From Malacoraja senta (taxonomy: Eukaryota): a stretch of DNA of 35,181 bases. Positions 8,806 through 20,875 of the stretch are shown piece after piece. The DNA lies in NCBI GenBank assembly GCA_038087875.1, contig JAXLNO010000215.1:1-35181 (forward strand), given 5' to 3'. The notes below the pieces were generated by a model that was not told the origin of the DNA, did not search any database, and saw nothing but the letters and a program-made list of their open reading frames with translations. A program made the position numbers and the translations under genes. How positions within the stretch are numbered: the first letter of the stretch is position 1; each line of letters opens with the position of its first letter.

Positions 8806-11800
8806 AAATAGAAAGATTAAACGAGAACTTACCAGTTTGAAGTTTGATCTTTATTTTATGATGAGTTACGATGAGCGATTACGTGAAGAAGGCCGTCAGC
8901 CCGCATGCGCGTCAATCTTCAAAGCGGCGGTGAAATCACAGATAACAGTTGTTGAACTAACATAGTAAGATTAGAGATGACTAGAACTACCAGATGATCT
9001 TTATGATACGAGGGTTGGGAGCGGAGGGCACGTAATCGCTCATCGTAACTCCTCATAAAATAAAGATCAAACTTCAAACTGGTAAGTTCTCGTTTAATCT
9101 TACTATTTTACTTCGGAGTCACGTGAGTGATTACGTGAAGATTTTGAAGCTCTGTGATTTCATGCCGCGGAAAAACGAGTCCACACAAGCACGACTGCAT
9201 CAGTTGACCACAGATAAGGGAAACATTCACAATGCATACAGACATGACATAGATTTAAAACATGCTGATGCTGATAAATGAACAAATAATAATAATAGTA
9301 ACCCCTCTCTTCCAGGGGGGAACTATAAAATAGAACCTAAAATAGAGTTGGCAAATACCCCTGGTCTGGCAATGGGTTAATATAAAATGTATGGAAAACT
9401 CGTTAGACCATCCTGCAGTCGGCAGGATGTGGTCCAGAGGACCGTACATAACCCTTGCTGCTGATGTTGTAGCAGCCCTGGTGGAGTGAGATTAGAAAAT
9501 TAGTATCTACTCCTGCATAAGCCAAAACCCCATTTTAACCACCTGGAGATGGTCTGAACTGTACCTTCTTATGAGGTTTTTTGTAACTAACAAACATAGC
9601 TAGTATCAGAGCCTCTAAGGCTCCAGGTGACCTTGACGTAATGTTGTAAATGTGTGACCACACATAACCGAAGGTGCATGGGGTATCCCATGAGAACTAG
9701 TTTGAGACCTGACACCCCTGGGCTGCCGACTTAACTAAATCATAAACATGAAATATTATATTATTAGCAGGTGAAACCATCCTGTCCAGTCGCAATTTAT
9801 GTAATGACTGGACCCGTTGCGCTGAGAACAGCGCCAATGGGATAACTACCTTATTAGAGCCGGGCCAAAGATAGGGATATAGCTGGAACACCCTGGTGAA
9901 GTAGTGTTAACACAATGTCAATATCCCATACTTCCGTGTACTTAGGTCTGGGAGAACTTGAGTTAAAGATATCCTTAATAAACTGGATATCAGAGGGTGA
10001 AACCCGACAGAGCGGGTCCCGCTCGCTGCAGCAAATATGATGAGAAAGCACGTTGGGCACAGTAAATGGGACTATAACTTAATTTATTGTCATGACCCAT
10101 TTGAAAATGAACTCTAAGACGTCAGTATCCGCCGTATAATATGTAACATAGCATTTAAACAGAACGCTTCCAATCTCCTGAAGAGGAAATGTACTGCTTT
10201 TTTGGTGCTATCCCTGCTCTCTGCAGTGAGTACATACATGGATCGGTCTGACAACCCGAGCCGCAGGAGCAGTCTTCTCAGATTCTGTAAGGCAATCACT
10301 TGATTAATCATGCAGAGGCTGGTTCCCCGAGTCCCAGGCTGAACCAGCAAAGATTTATGTTTAGAATACCCATATAAGGTTCTATTATTATTCCCAACAT
10401 GTACGGGAAACCACTGCTGCATAGGCCAGTCAGACAGTACGAAAACCCTGAAGCGGGATCTTGCTGAATTTATTGCAAGACCCGATTGATGAGGCAAAAT
10501 GGAGAAAATACATAAAAGAACATTCCTCCCCGTGTAGCGAGAATATATCTCTCGCCACTGAGATGCCACATGTTTTGCAAACGGTGAATGAGCCTGGATA
10601 CAAACATATCGATATTCGGTGTTCCAATCGAGCCATAATGTCATAAAATACTTTGTGATCCAACATCCATTTTGTGTTATTGATTTTACGTGATGATACA
10701 CCAGCGCCAAATGAGGTGGGTAAATTATGACAGGATACTTTGACTTGATTGCACCCATGTGACTAACATATGCCACCACCACAGTGTATCAACTTGGAAC
10801 TGAGCATGCAGTTTATGCATATTCGCACAATAACCCTTTAACCCATAGTATGCACCTAGTGTCTATAGGTAGTTGATACCAATAACTGAAGAATTGGTAA
10901 TTCATGCAAATCCCATCCGCCTCCGTGACTAGAGATGACATTCGTAATTTTCTATCTTTGAGCACTAGCATCAGTTTGTAATATAACTGAAGATTTATTG
11001 ACCAAACTACTGGAGCAATGCTGAATATAGTTCGTCCACCATTGTGACTTCGGTAGATTCAGATGGTAATAGCATAGGTCTGTTAACAATGACCTATATG
11101 GCACTTGAGGGGTTACTACTTTGCACGTTGTAATTTCTGATAATGCAAAGGCGCAATTACACAGCTGAAACACAGCTGCTATATTGCCAATTACCCTTGA
11201 TGAATAGAAGACTGCTTGATAACAAGGTTGTTACAGGCTTCTATTGATTCCAATCTCTTGCCCCAGGGCAGAGTCACAGATAAATTAATAGTTAAAGGTA
11301 AATCCGAATAATCAATAACTCTAGTGGGTATCAACTTAAATTTAACTGGATGGGTGAGGGACCTCAATTTCTCAAATATAGTTGCAGCTGAAACAGTTGA
11401 TTTTTAGCAAAACACAGCGTTTAGAATATCATCCAGTTAAGCCATAACAAGTGTTTTTGAGCTCTGAGCAGTACAAGCACCAGTTTAGTAATTTGGTAGA
11501 TGACCTAGCAGCTGAAGTTAGCCCATTTACAACGCATTAACTATCATTGCCCCATCCAGATAAATTTCAAATGTCTCCGGTGATCCCTGTGAATGGGACC
11601 TGAATAGTATGCATCTTTGAGATTGATCAATGCCATAAAGATCCTAAGGAAATCAGTTGTTAGACAGTAACGAAGTTCCATATACTGAAAAGTCTATGTT
11701 GCACATGCTAGTTAATCCAATTATGAACCGACATCCTCCATCTTTCACAATGAACAGCCCACGCCTGCCATAATTCTGTGCCTGCCTCGAACGGTAACTC

Positions 11801-12654
11801 TGGCCAGATTCCCGAGCCTGTCTCAAAAGGTAATCCTGGCCATAATACAGAGCCTGCCTTAAAAGACACTCTGGCCATAATACTGAGCCTGCCTCGAAAG
11901 ACAACTCTGGCCCCAATTCCAAGCCATACTTGGTACCCTAGTATACTGTGCATTTATACAAAACCAAGTGTAAATATTACCAACTTGTAAATGGTCCACT
12001 TACCCCATGTTTCGGAAGAACCAGACCCACCTACCTCCATGGTTACCGGTGGTCTTATGGTAAGCCCAAAGGCCCCTGATGTGGGTTCTATTCCCGACCT
12101 TGATTGGAGAGTAGGAATGGTAGTGTATGTGGATTCCATATTTCCTGAGACCGGCTTGGACCTTGGCCTGAAAGACCTCTGCCCAGCTTTCAAGCTGCCA
12201 CCAGCTTCAGTGAACTGCTTACTGCCGATGAGGCGTGGGGTGTGTCGTCGCCGATACGATGAAGCTTTGTTCGTCGTCGGTACCTTGATCAGTCCGCAGC
12301 TTTTGCTTCCTCATCCAGGTATACCTGTTGGATAAGTCTTACCTGAAGAGAAGATTCGGCGGCTGGTTTCATTTCCTGGATTTCATGCCCCCTCCAATGT
12401 CACCCCTGATAGCGCTGTTCACTGCCGGCACTTGTAGCGTGAGGGGAACTCTGGCCCCTTCCTGGTTTTCTGCCAATGGCTGGAACCAATTCTTCCAGCA
12501 GTAACCCCTTCGCTTGCGAGTATTTCCTCGCACTCTCCTCCACAGGGAGGGGAATTCGTAGGCAGCCCTGAAACAGTTGCAGCCGCAGGCCCCTGAGGAT
12601 ACCTGCGCTGACATGGCCTCTCCTACGGACCTATATCAGGATTTTTGCTCTGTC
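8806..12654 (-). mobile_element. DIRS1-like retrotransposon, 5'-truncated duplicate
   Basis: Right ITR/rE at 8810-8900, ICR at 9028-9142, YR motifs (AQRVQSL, HSTR..AGWS), MT, RNase H (TDAS) and RT (LKDAYY, MA*LDDIL); ends at the duplication junction. Confidence 0.93.
11780..11912. repeat. 36-bp tandem repeat x~4 inside the DIRS RT N-terminus (duplicate at ~16925-17056)
   Basis: GCCTG(C/T)C unit starts at 11780, 11816, 11852 and 11887. Confidence 0.85.
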
Positions 12655-13679
12655 AATCTTTTCTTAAGAAATGGATAAATGTTTAGATCTAGTAATTGAA
12701 TTTTGTAATTAGCTACAATTAGGTAACTAACTAATTATATGCTTTAATTTCAGGTCATCTAAGTAAGATTGTTTCATATTTGTCTCAGAATGCTTCAATC
12801 TATAATAACTGAACATTTATTTCAGTTCTCCTAATTTTTAAGAAAGTTATGGGCTTTTGACTGTCCTCGATCACAGCTTTTGTGTTAAGTCAATGGAAAA
12901 GCAATAGGGAACAAGATGCTAATTTCTGAGTATGAAAATGGCCATAACTTTTTTAATACTGAAGATATGAAAGTGAATTAGGTGTCAAATTAAACTTCTT
13001 TTTATGCTTTATCTGATGGGATAAATTGCAGACTTCATTTAAAAAAGTTTGTAACATTGCTACTTCTAGTCTGAGACATTTCCACCCTGAAGGAAAAAGG
13101 TTTTGGCTTCTACCTTATCTACTGTATTTCTAGACTTTGCAAATGTGCTGCACTTTAGTGCAGTCTACATAATCCATTTTGTTGATTAATGGTGTTTCTG
13201 GATAATTTTAACTTAATTCAAAAAGTTAGGGTATGTTAGCCTTAGTATTGAGATGTCTGATCAACACCACAGACGTTTGCAAAATCATTCGTTGATAATT
13301 TTATGAGGGGGGTGGGTTAATTTTATGTGGGAGAAAACTAGAGCACTCAGAGAAAACCCACGTGGTCACGGGGAGAACGTACAAACTCTGTACAGACAGC
13401 ACCCCTAGTCAGGATCGAACCCGGGTCTCTTGCTAAGCAACATCTCCACTGCTGCGCCACTGTGCCACCCTAATTTTGTTCCGAGTTCCTCCAGCACTTT
13501 GTATTTTGCTCAAGATTCCCGCATCTGCAGTTCTTTGTGTCTCCTTTTTTTTTTTAAACACTTTATTATTGGACTGTCTTTAGGAAATTAAAAGCTGTTG
13601 AATCATTGGAAAAATCCACCTGCTCATCAACATCCTTTAGATGTAAACCTGATTACAGTACAAAGCCTTAACACAGTAC

Positions 13680-13732
13680 CTCAAAGGCCCACAGCTGGAC
13701 ATGGGCGGCAATTGCTGCTTCAGGTGCAACAT
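13680..13732 (-). CDS. Candidate 53-nt exon, copy 2
   Basis: Identical to 8537-8589 including the splice sites. Confidence 0.25.
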
Positions 13733-14499
13733 CTGCATCCCAAGGGCATTGGAAAAGACAATACAAAACTGTGCGTAAGATCTCAATTCTGTTGCCAGGC
13801 TCTGAAGATAGATACAAAATGCTGGAGTAACTCAGCGGGTCAGGCAGCATCTCTGGAGAAAAGGAATAGGTGACGTTTCGGGTCAAGACACTTCTTCAGT
13901 CTGAGAGTCAGGAGGGAGGGAAACTAGAAGTATGAAAAGGTACAGAATAAATAGAAAGATTAAATGAGAACTTACCAGTTTGAAGTTTGATCTTTATTTT
14001 ATGATGAGTTATGATGAGTGATTATGTGAAGAAGGCCGTCAGCCCGCATGCGCGTCAATCTTCAAAGCAGCGGTGTGAAATCACAGATAACAGTTGTTGA
14101 ACTAACATAGTAAGATTAGAGATGACTAGAACTACCAGATGATCTTTATGATACGAGGGTTGGGAGCGGAGGGCACGTAATCGCTCATCGTAACTCCTCA
14201 TAAAATAAAGATCAAACTTCAAACTGGTAAGTTCTCGTTTAATCTTACTATTTTACTTCGGAGTCACGTGAGTGACTACGAGAAGATTTTGAAGCTCTGT
14301 GATTTCATGCCGCGGAAAAACGAGTCCACACAAGCACGACTGCATCAGTTGACCACAGATAAGGGAAACATTCACAATGCATACAGACATGACATAGATT
14401 TAAAACATGCTGATGCTGATAAATGAACAAATAATAATAATAGTAACCCCTCTCTTCCAGGGGGGAACTATAAAATAGAACCTAAAATAGAGTTGGCAA

Positions 14500-15430
14500 A
14501 TACCCCTGGTCTGACAATGGGTTAATATAAAATGTATGGAAAACTCGTTAGACCATCCTGCAGTCGGCAGGATGTGGTCCAGAGGACCGTACATAACCCT
14601 TGCTGCTGATGTTGTAGCAGCCCTGGTGGAGTGACATTAGAAAATTAGTATCTACTCCTGCATAAGCCAAAACTCCGTTTTAACCACCTGGAGATGGTCT
14701 GAACTGATACCTTCTTATGAGGTTTTTGTAACTAACAAACATAGCTAGTATCAGAGCCTCTAAGGCTCTAGGTGACCTTGACGTAATGTTGTAAATGTGT
14801 GACCACACATAACCGAAGGTGCATGGGGTATGCCATGAGAACTAGTTTGAGACCTGACACCCCTGGGCTGCCGACTTAACTAAATCGTAAACATGAAATA
14901 TTATATTATTAGCAGGTGAAACCATCCTGTCCAGTCGCAATTTATGTAATGACTGGACCCGTTGCGCTGAGAACAGCGCCAAGGGATAACTACTTTATTA
15001 GAGCCAAGCCAAAGATAAGGATATAGCTGGAACCCCCTGGTGAAGTAGTGTTAACACAATGTCAATATCCCATACTTCTGTGTACTTGGGTCTGGGAGAA
15101 CTTGAGTTAAAGATATCCTTAATAAACTGGATATCAGAGGGTGAAACCCGACAGAGCGGGTCCCGCTCGCTGCAGCAAATATGATGAGAAAGCACGTTGG
15201 GCACAGTAAATGGGACTATAACTTAATTTATTGTCATGATCCATTTGAAAATGAACTCTAAGACGTCAGTATCCGCCGTATAATATGTAACATAGCATTT
15301 AAACAGAACGCTTCCAATCTCCTGAAGAGGAAATGTACTCCTTTTTTGGTGCTATCCCTGCTCTCTGCAGCGAGTACATACATGGATCGGTCTGACAACC
15401 CGAGCCGCAGGAGCAGTCTTCTCAGATTCT
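14500..15430 (-). pseudogene. DIRS tyrosine recombinase, frameshifted
   Basis: IFNSSSPRPKYTEVWDIDIVL, ALFSAQRVQSL (catalytic R) and HSTRAATTSAA...ILPTAGWS box II. Confidence 0.88.
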
Positions 15431-17215
15431 GTAAGGTAATCACTTGATTAATCATGCAGAGGCTGGTTCCCCGAGTCCCAGGCTGAACCAGCAAAGTTTT
15501 ATGTTTAGAATACCCATATAAGGTTCTATTATTATTCCCAACATTTACGGGAAACCACTGCTGCATAGGCCAGTCAGACAGTACGAAAACCCTGAAGCGG
15601 GATCTTGCTGAATTTATTGCAAGACCCGACTGATGAGGCAAAATGGAGAAAATACATAAAAGAAACATTCCTCCCCCGTGTAGCGAGAATGTATCTCTCA
15701 CCACTGAGATGCCACATGTTTTGCAACCGGTGAATGAGCCTGGATGCAAACATATCGATATTCGGTGTTCCATCGAGCCATAATGTCATAAAATACTTTG
15801 TGATCCAACATCCATTTTGTGTTGTCTTTGATTTTACGTGATGATACACCAGCGCCAAATGAGGTTGGGTAAATTATGACAGGATACTTTGACTTGATTG
15901 CACCCATGTGACTAACATATGCCACCACCACAGTGTATCAACTTGGAACTGAGCATGCAGTTTATGCATATTCACACAATAACCCTTTAACCCATAGTAC
16001 CTAGTGTCTATAGGTAGTTGATACCAATAACTGAAGAATTGGTAATTCATGCAAATCCCATCCGCCTCCGTAACTAGAGATGACATTCGTAATTTTCTAT
16101 CTTTGAGCACTAGCATCAGTTTGTAATATAACTGAAGATTTATTGACCAAACTCCTGGAGCAATGCTGAATATAGTTCGTCCACCATTGTGACTTAGGTA
16201 GCTTCAGCTGGTAATAGCATAGGTCTGTTAACAATGACCTATATGGCACTTGAGGGGTTACTACTTTGCACGTTGTAATTTCTGATAATGCAAAGGCCCA
16301 ATTACACAGCTGAAACACAGCTGCTATATTGCCAATTACCCTTGATGAATAGAAGACTGCTTGATAACAAGTTTGTTACAGGCCTCTATTGATTCCAATC
16401 TCTTGCCCCAGGGCAGAGTCACAGATAAATTAATAGTTAAAGGTAAATCAGAATAATCAATAACTCTAGTTGGTATCAACTTAAATTTAACTGGATGGAT
16501 GAGGGACCTCAATTTCTCAAATATAGTTGCGGCTGAAACAGTTGATTTTTAGCAAAACACAGCGTTTAGAATATCATCCAGTTAAGCCATAACAAGTGTT
16601 TTTGAGCTCTGAGCAGTACAAGTACCAGTTTAGTAATTTAGTAGATGACCTAGCTGAAGTTAGCCCATTTACAACGCATTAACTGTTATCATTGCCCCAT
16701 CCAGATACATTTCAAATGTCTCCGGTGATCCCTGTGAATGGGACCTGAATAGTATGCATCTTTGAGATTGATGCATGCCATAAAGATCCTAAGGAAATCA
16801 GTTGTTAGACAGTAACGAAGTTCCATATACTGAAAAGTCTATGTTGCACATGCTAGTTAATCCAATTATGAACCGACATCCTCCATCTTTCACAATGAAC
16901 AGGCCACGCCTGCCATAATTCTGTGCCTGCCTCGAACGGTAACTCTGGCCAGATTCCCGAGTCCGTCTCGAAAGGTAATCCTGGCCATAATACTGAGCCT
17001 GCCTTAAAAGACAACTGGCCATAATTCTGAGCTTGCCTCGAAAGACAACTCTGGCCCCAATTCCAAGCCATACTTTGGTACCCTAGTATACTGTGCAATA
17101 ATAATCCATTCACATCTTATCATTCTCATTTATACAAAACCGTGTAAATATTACCAACTTGTAAATGGTCCACTTACCCCATGTTTCGGAAGAACCAGAC
17201 CCACCTACCTCCATG
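15430..17215 (-). pseudogene. DIRS RT-RNase H-methyltransferase, multiply disrupted
   Basis: EVGG, KDGGCRFI, LKDAYYS, MA*LDDIL, LQTDAS, VVAYVSHMG, IDMFASRL and DWPMQQWFP motifs spread across several frames. Confidence 0.88.
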
Positions 17216-18497
17216 GTTACCGGTGGTCTTATGGTGAGCCCAAAGGCCCCTGATGTGGGTTCTATTCCCGACCTTGATTGGAGAGTAGGAATGGTAGTGT
17301 ATGTGGATTCCATATTTCCCGAGACCGGCTTGGACCTTGGCCTGAAAGACCTCTGCCCAGCTTTCAAGCTGCCACCAGCTTCAGATGAGGCGTGGGGTGT
17401 GTTGTCGCCGATACGATGAAGCTTAGTTCGTCGTCGGTACCTTGATCAGTCCGACAGCTTTTGCTTCCTGTTGGATAAGTCTTACCTGAAGAGAAGATTC
17501 GGCGGCTGGTTTCATTTCCTGGATTTCATGCCCCCTCCAATGTCACCCCTGATAGTGCTGTTCACTGCTGGCACTTGTAGCGTGAGGGGAACTCTGGCCC
17601 CTTCCGGGTTTTCTGCCAACGGCTGGAACCAATTCTTCCGGCAGTAACCCCTTCGCTTGCGAGTATTTCCTCGCACTCTCCTCCACAGGGAGGGGAATTC
17701 GTAGGCAGCCATGAAAACAGTTGCAGCCGCAGGCCCCTGAGGATACCTGCGCTGACATGGCCCCTCCTATGGACCTATATTAGGATTTTTGCTCTGTCAG
17801 ACTGAAACTGACCCTGAATGCTCCCCTCCTCAGAGAGGGAGACATTGTGCAGCCCTGAAACAGGTGTCGCTGCCGCAGGCCCCCGAGGAGACCCGCGCTG
17901 ATAACTCCCTCCTTTGGAGTATATTATAGTGGAGCAACCTCTCCATCAGATGCTCCATGTGGGTTTAGGCATCCGTAGACGCACCCATTGAAGGAGGGGA
18001 ACCCTCCTGGCCCGACTCGCCCGAGTCCCAAGGCCTGACCGACTTACTCGTGGTTTGACCCCTTTCTGGGGCACACTAGGAGCCGCTGACCGCACTGTCA
18101 GCGACTCGGGTGGCGAGACCGGCTTACTGCTGGTTTTACCACCATTCTGGGGCACCATAGCGGTCTGGGAGTCGCTGACCACACTGTCAGCGACTTGGGT
18201 AGCGAACCCGACGGCCGACGGCTACCGCGGTCCAGACCGGGATCTCCCCACGGTCCATAACCGGATTCCCCGCGACCCGTCCTTTCTTCGCCCCGAATCC
18301 AGCAGGCAAACTCTGTAAAGTGCTTCCTGCAACGCAAAAACCAGAACCTAGAAATAAGCTTTGAAACTTACCTGTAGGTTTAAACTTACCGCTGGAAGGA
18401 GCAGCGCGCCTGCCAGTCAGTCGTTGCGCAATGCGGTAGACGTAATGACGCTGACGGCCTTCTTCACGTAGTCACTCACGTGACTCCGAAGTAAAAT

Positions 18498-18815
18498 CAG
18501 ACCCGGCAATGATGACCCAGGAAAGGTGGAGCCCACAATGGTCCATTGTTGGCTGTGGAGGAGGTGATAACAAAGGGATATGAAGAGTGAGACTAGCAAG
18601 ACGACTAGGGTGGGGTAGGGATGGAGAGAGAGGGAAAGCAAGGGTTACTTGAAATTAGAGTGGTCAATGTTCATACCGCTGGGGTGTAAGCTGCCCAAGC
18701 GAAATATGAGGTGCTGTTCCACCAATTTGTGCTGGGCCTCACTCTGACAGTGGAGGAGACTGAGGACAGAAAGATCAGTGTGGGAATGGGAGGGGGAGTT
18801 AAAGTGTTTGGCAAC
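18498..18815 (-). mobile_element. PLE GIY-YIG C-terminus plus 3' UTR (host of the DIRS insertion)
   Basis: VAKHFNSPSHSHTDLSVL...KLVEQHLIFRLGSLHPSGMNIDHSNFK*. Confidence 0.88.
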
Positions 18816-18829
18816 CTCATATTTCACTT

Positions 18830-19122
18830 CAGCCCACCGAGTCGATGCTATCCATCGATCATCCGTACACACTAGTTCTATGTCATCTCACTGTCCCATC
18901 CACTCCCTACACACTAGGGGGCAATCTTACAAGAGGCCCAATGAACCTACAAACCCGCACGTCTTTGAGATGTGGGAGAAAACCGGAGCACCTGGATAAA
19001 ACCCACGCGGTCACGGGGAGAACGTACAAACTCCACTCCGACAGCACCCGTAGTCAGGATGGAACCCGGGACTCTGGCGCTGCGAGGCAGCGGCTCTACC
19101 CGCTGCACCACCGTGCCGCCCC
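18830..19122 (-). mobile_element. HE1-type V-SINE
   Basis: Head, V-domain and partial tail. Confidence 0.88.
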
Positions 19123-19277
19123 AAAGGGAGGGAAGCCTTGTGAACAGCCTGGGTATTGAGGGGGATGGGAGGAGGAGTGTGGAGGGGGGGTGGAGGGTGC
19201 GCTGGTTGACATTGAACGAGTGCGGTTTGGTGCCTCGCTGTGGAAACCAACAGAAGCACTTTGAGGTAGCTCTAATG

Positions 19278-19651
19278 GAAACATAGAAACATAGAAAATA
19301 GGTGCAGGAGTAGGCCATTCGGCCCATTGAGCCAGCACTGCCATTCAATATGATCATGGCGGATCATCCAGAATCAGTACCCCGTTCCTGCTTTCTCCCC
19401 ATATCCCTCGATTCCATTAGCCCTAGGAGCTAAATCTAACTCTCTCTTGAAAACATCCAGTGAATTGGCCTCCACTGCCTTCTGTGGCAGAGAATTCCAC
19501 AGATTCACAACTCACTGGGAGAAGAAGTATTTCCTCATCTCAGTCCTAAATGGCCTACCCCTTATTCTTAAACTGTGACCCCTGGTTCTGGACTCCCCCA
19601 ACACTGGAAATTTTGTTCCTACATCTAGCCTGTCCAATCCCTTAAGAATTT
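19278..19651 (-). mobile_element. CR1 3' fragment
   Basis: (TTTCTATG)n tail plus ORF2 end homologous to 4880-5245. Confidence 0.9.
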
Positions 19652-19917
19652 AAGGTGAAGGTGCATGTACAAGATCTCTGACGTGCTGAACAGGAGTGTT
19701 AGGAGGGCTGTCAATGAATGAAGCTAAGCAGATGCCAGAAAGCAGCTTCCAGCCTGACTATTATAATCAAATCATGTCGGACTTATATTCAATTTCAGAA
19801 ATTAGCTGTCATTATTACTAAACTCAGGTTAAAGTAACCTAATCATGCAGTTTTCTAAGTTAGTAAGTAGTTGCTGAAACACAGGCTCTACACACCCTCG
19901 TGATCTTCCTGAGCTGA

Positions 19918-20183
19918 GCAGCACAGTGGTGCAGTGGGTAGATTTGCTGCCTCACTGTGCCAGAGACCCGGGTTCGATCCAGACCTCGGGTGCTGTCTGT
20001 GTGTGGATTTTGCACCTTCTCCCTGGGTTTCCTCCGGGTGCTCCGGTTTCCTCCCACGTTCCAAAGACGTGCGGGTTTGTAGGTTGATTGGCCCTCTGTA
20101 AAATCGTTTCCTAGTGTGTCGGGAGTGGGTGGGCCGAAGGGCCATTTCCGTGCTGTTTCACTAAACTGAGCCAAATTAAACTA
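19918..20183 (+). mobile_element. HE1-type V-SINE
   Basis: GGTTCGATCC B box, V-domain and TAAAC tail. Confidence 0.88.
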
Positions 20184-20188
20184 GATTG

Positions 20189-20300
20189 GTTAGGGGTTAG
20201 AAGGGAGAGATAGATCAGCCATGATTGAATGGCGGAGTAGACTTGAAGGGCCGAATGGCCTAATTCTGCTCCTATCACTTAAGACCTTATAACCTTATGG
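20189..20300 (+). mobile_element. CR1 3' UTR fragment
   Basis: GATCAGCCATGATTGAATGGCGG..GGGCCGAATGGCCT plus tail. Confidence 0.82.
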
Positions 20301-20562
20301 TTGTGAGGCTCAGTTGCAGTGAGCTTGGAGGCAGTGACAGCAGCATGTACACAGCAAGCTTGGGGGAACAGGAAACTTAATGGATTTACGGTTAATCTTG
20401 TCTGGCAGCAATTATTTGGCCAACACACTGAGGAACTACTGAGCCATTTATTAAAATACAGCCTGTAATAGTTGATATTCATCTGTACTGGCAGCATGGT
20501 TTGGGTTTTATATTATAACACAAAAGATGGCATCCATCCCAATTCATCACCTCAACTGTGGA

Positions 20563-20875
20563 CTTTAGACTTTAGAGATTTAGACTTTAGAGATACAGCG
20601 CAGAAACGGACCCTTTGACCCACTGAGTCCGTGTCGACCAGCGATCACCTGCACACTAACACGACCCTGCACACGAGGGATAATTTACAATTTTTTTTAC
20701 CAAAGCCAATTAACCTACAATGCATTGTGGGAGGAAACCAAAACACCTGGAGAAAACCCAAACAGTCACGGGGAGAACGTACAAACTCCATACAGACAGC
20801 TCCCGTAGTCAGGATCGAACCTGGGTCTCTGGCGCTGTGAGGCAGCAACTCTACCGCTGCGCCACCGTGCTCCCC
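20563..20875 (-). mobile_element. HE1-type V-SINE, full length
   Basis: Head, V-domain and (CTAAAGT)n tail. Confidence 0.9.

Larger units (their letters stand above)
7517..12654. repeat. Tandem segmental duplication, copy 1 (~5.14 kb)
   Basis: Collinear with 12655-17798 at offset 5138-5144; paired ORFs such as 8455/13598, 9255/14400 and 10952/16097. Confidence 0.97.
12655..17798. repeat. Tandem segmental duplication, copy 2
   Basis: Junction CTCTGTCA|ATCTTTTCTTAAG fuses DIRS gag sequence to the interior of the DNA transposon. Confidence 0.97.
13949..18497 (-). mobile_element. DIRS1-like tyrosine-recombinase retrotransposon with both termini, coding-dead (~4.55 kb)
   Basis: Left ITR ~18450-18497 is inverted to the right ITR ~14017-14043; ICR at 14170-14290 is complementary to both ends; gene order gag-RT/RH/MT-YR; AAAT at both boundaries; inserted in a PLE UTR that rejoins across it. 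Confidence 0.95.

Noticed and set aside
14500..15430. Phage integrase, Crypton or bacterial contamination
   Set aside because: The recombinase lies with RT/RH/MT inside ITR-ICR termini, which is the DIRS layout.
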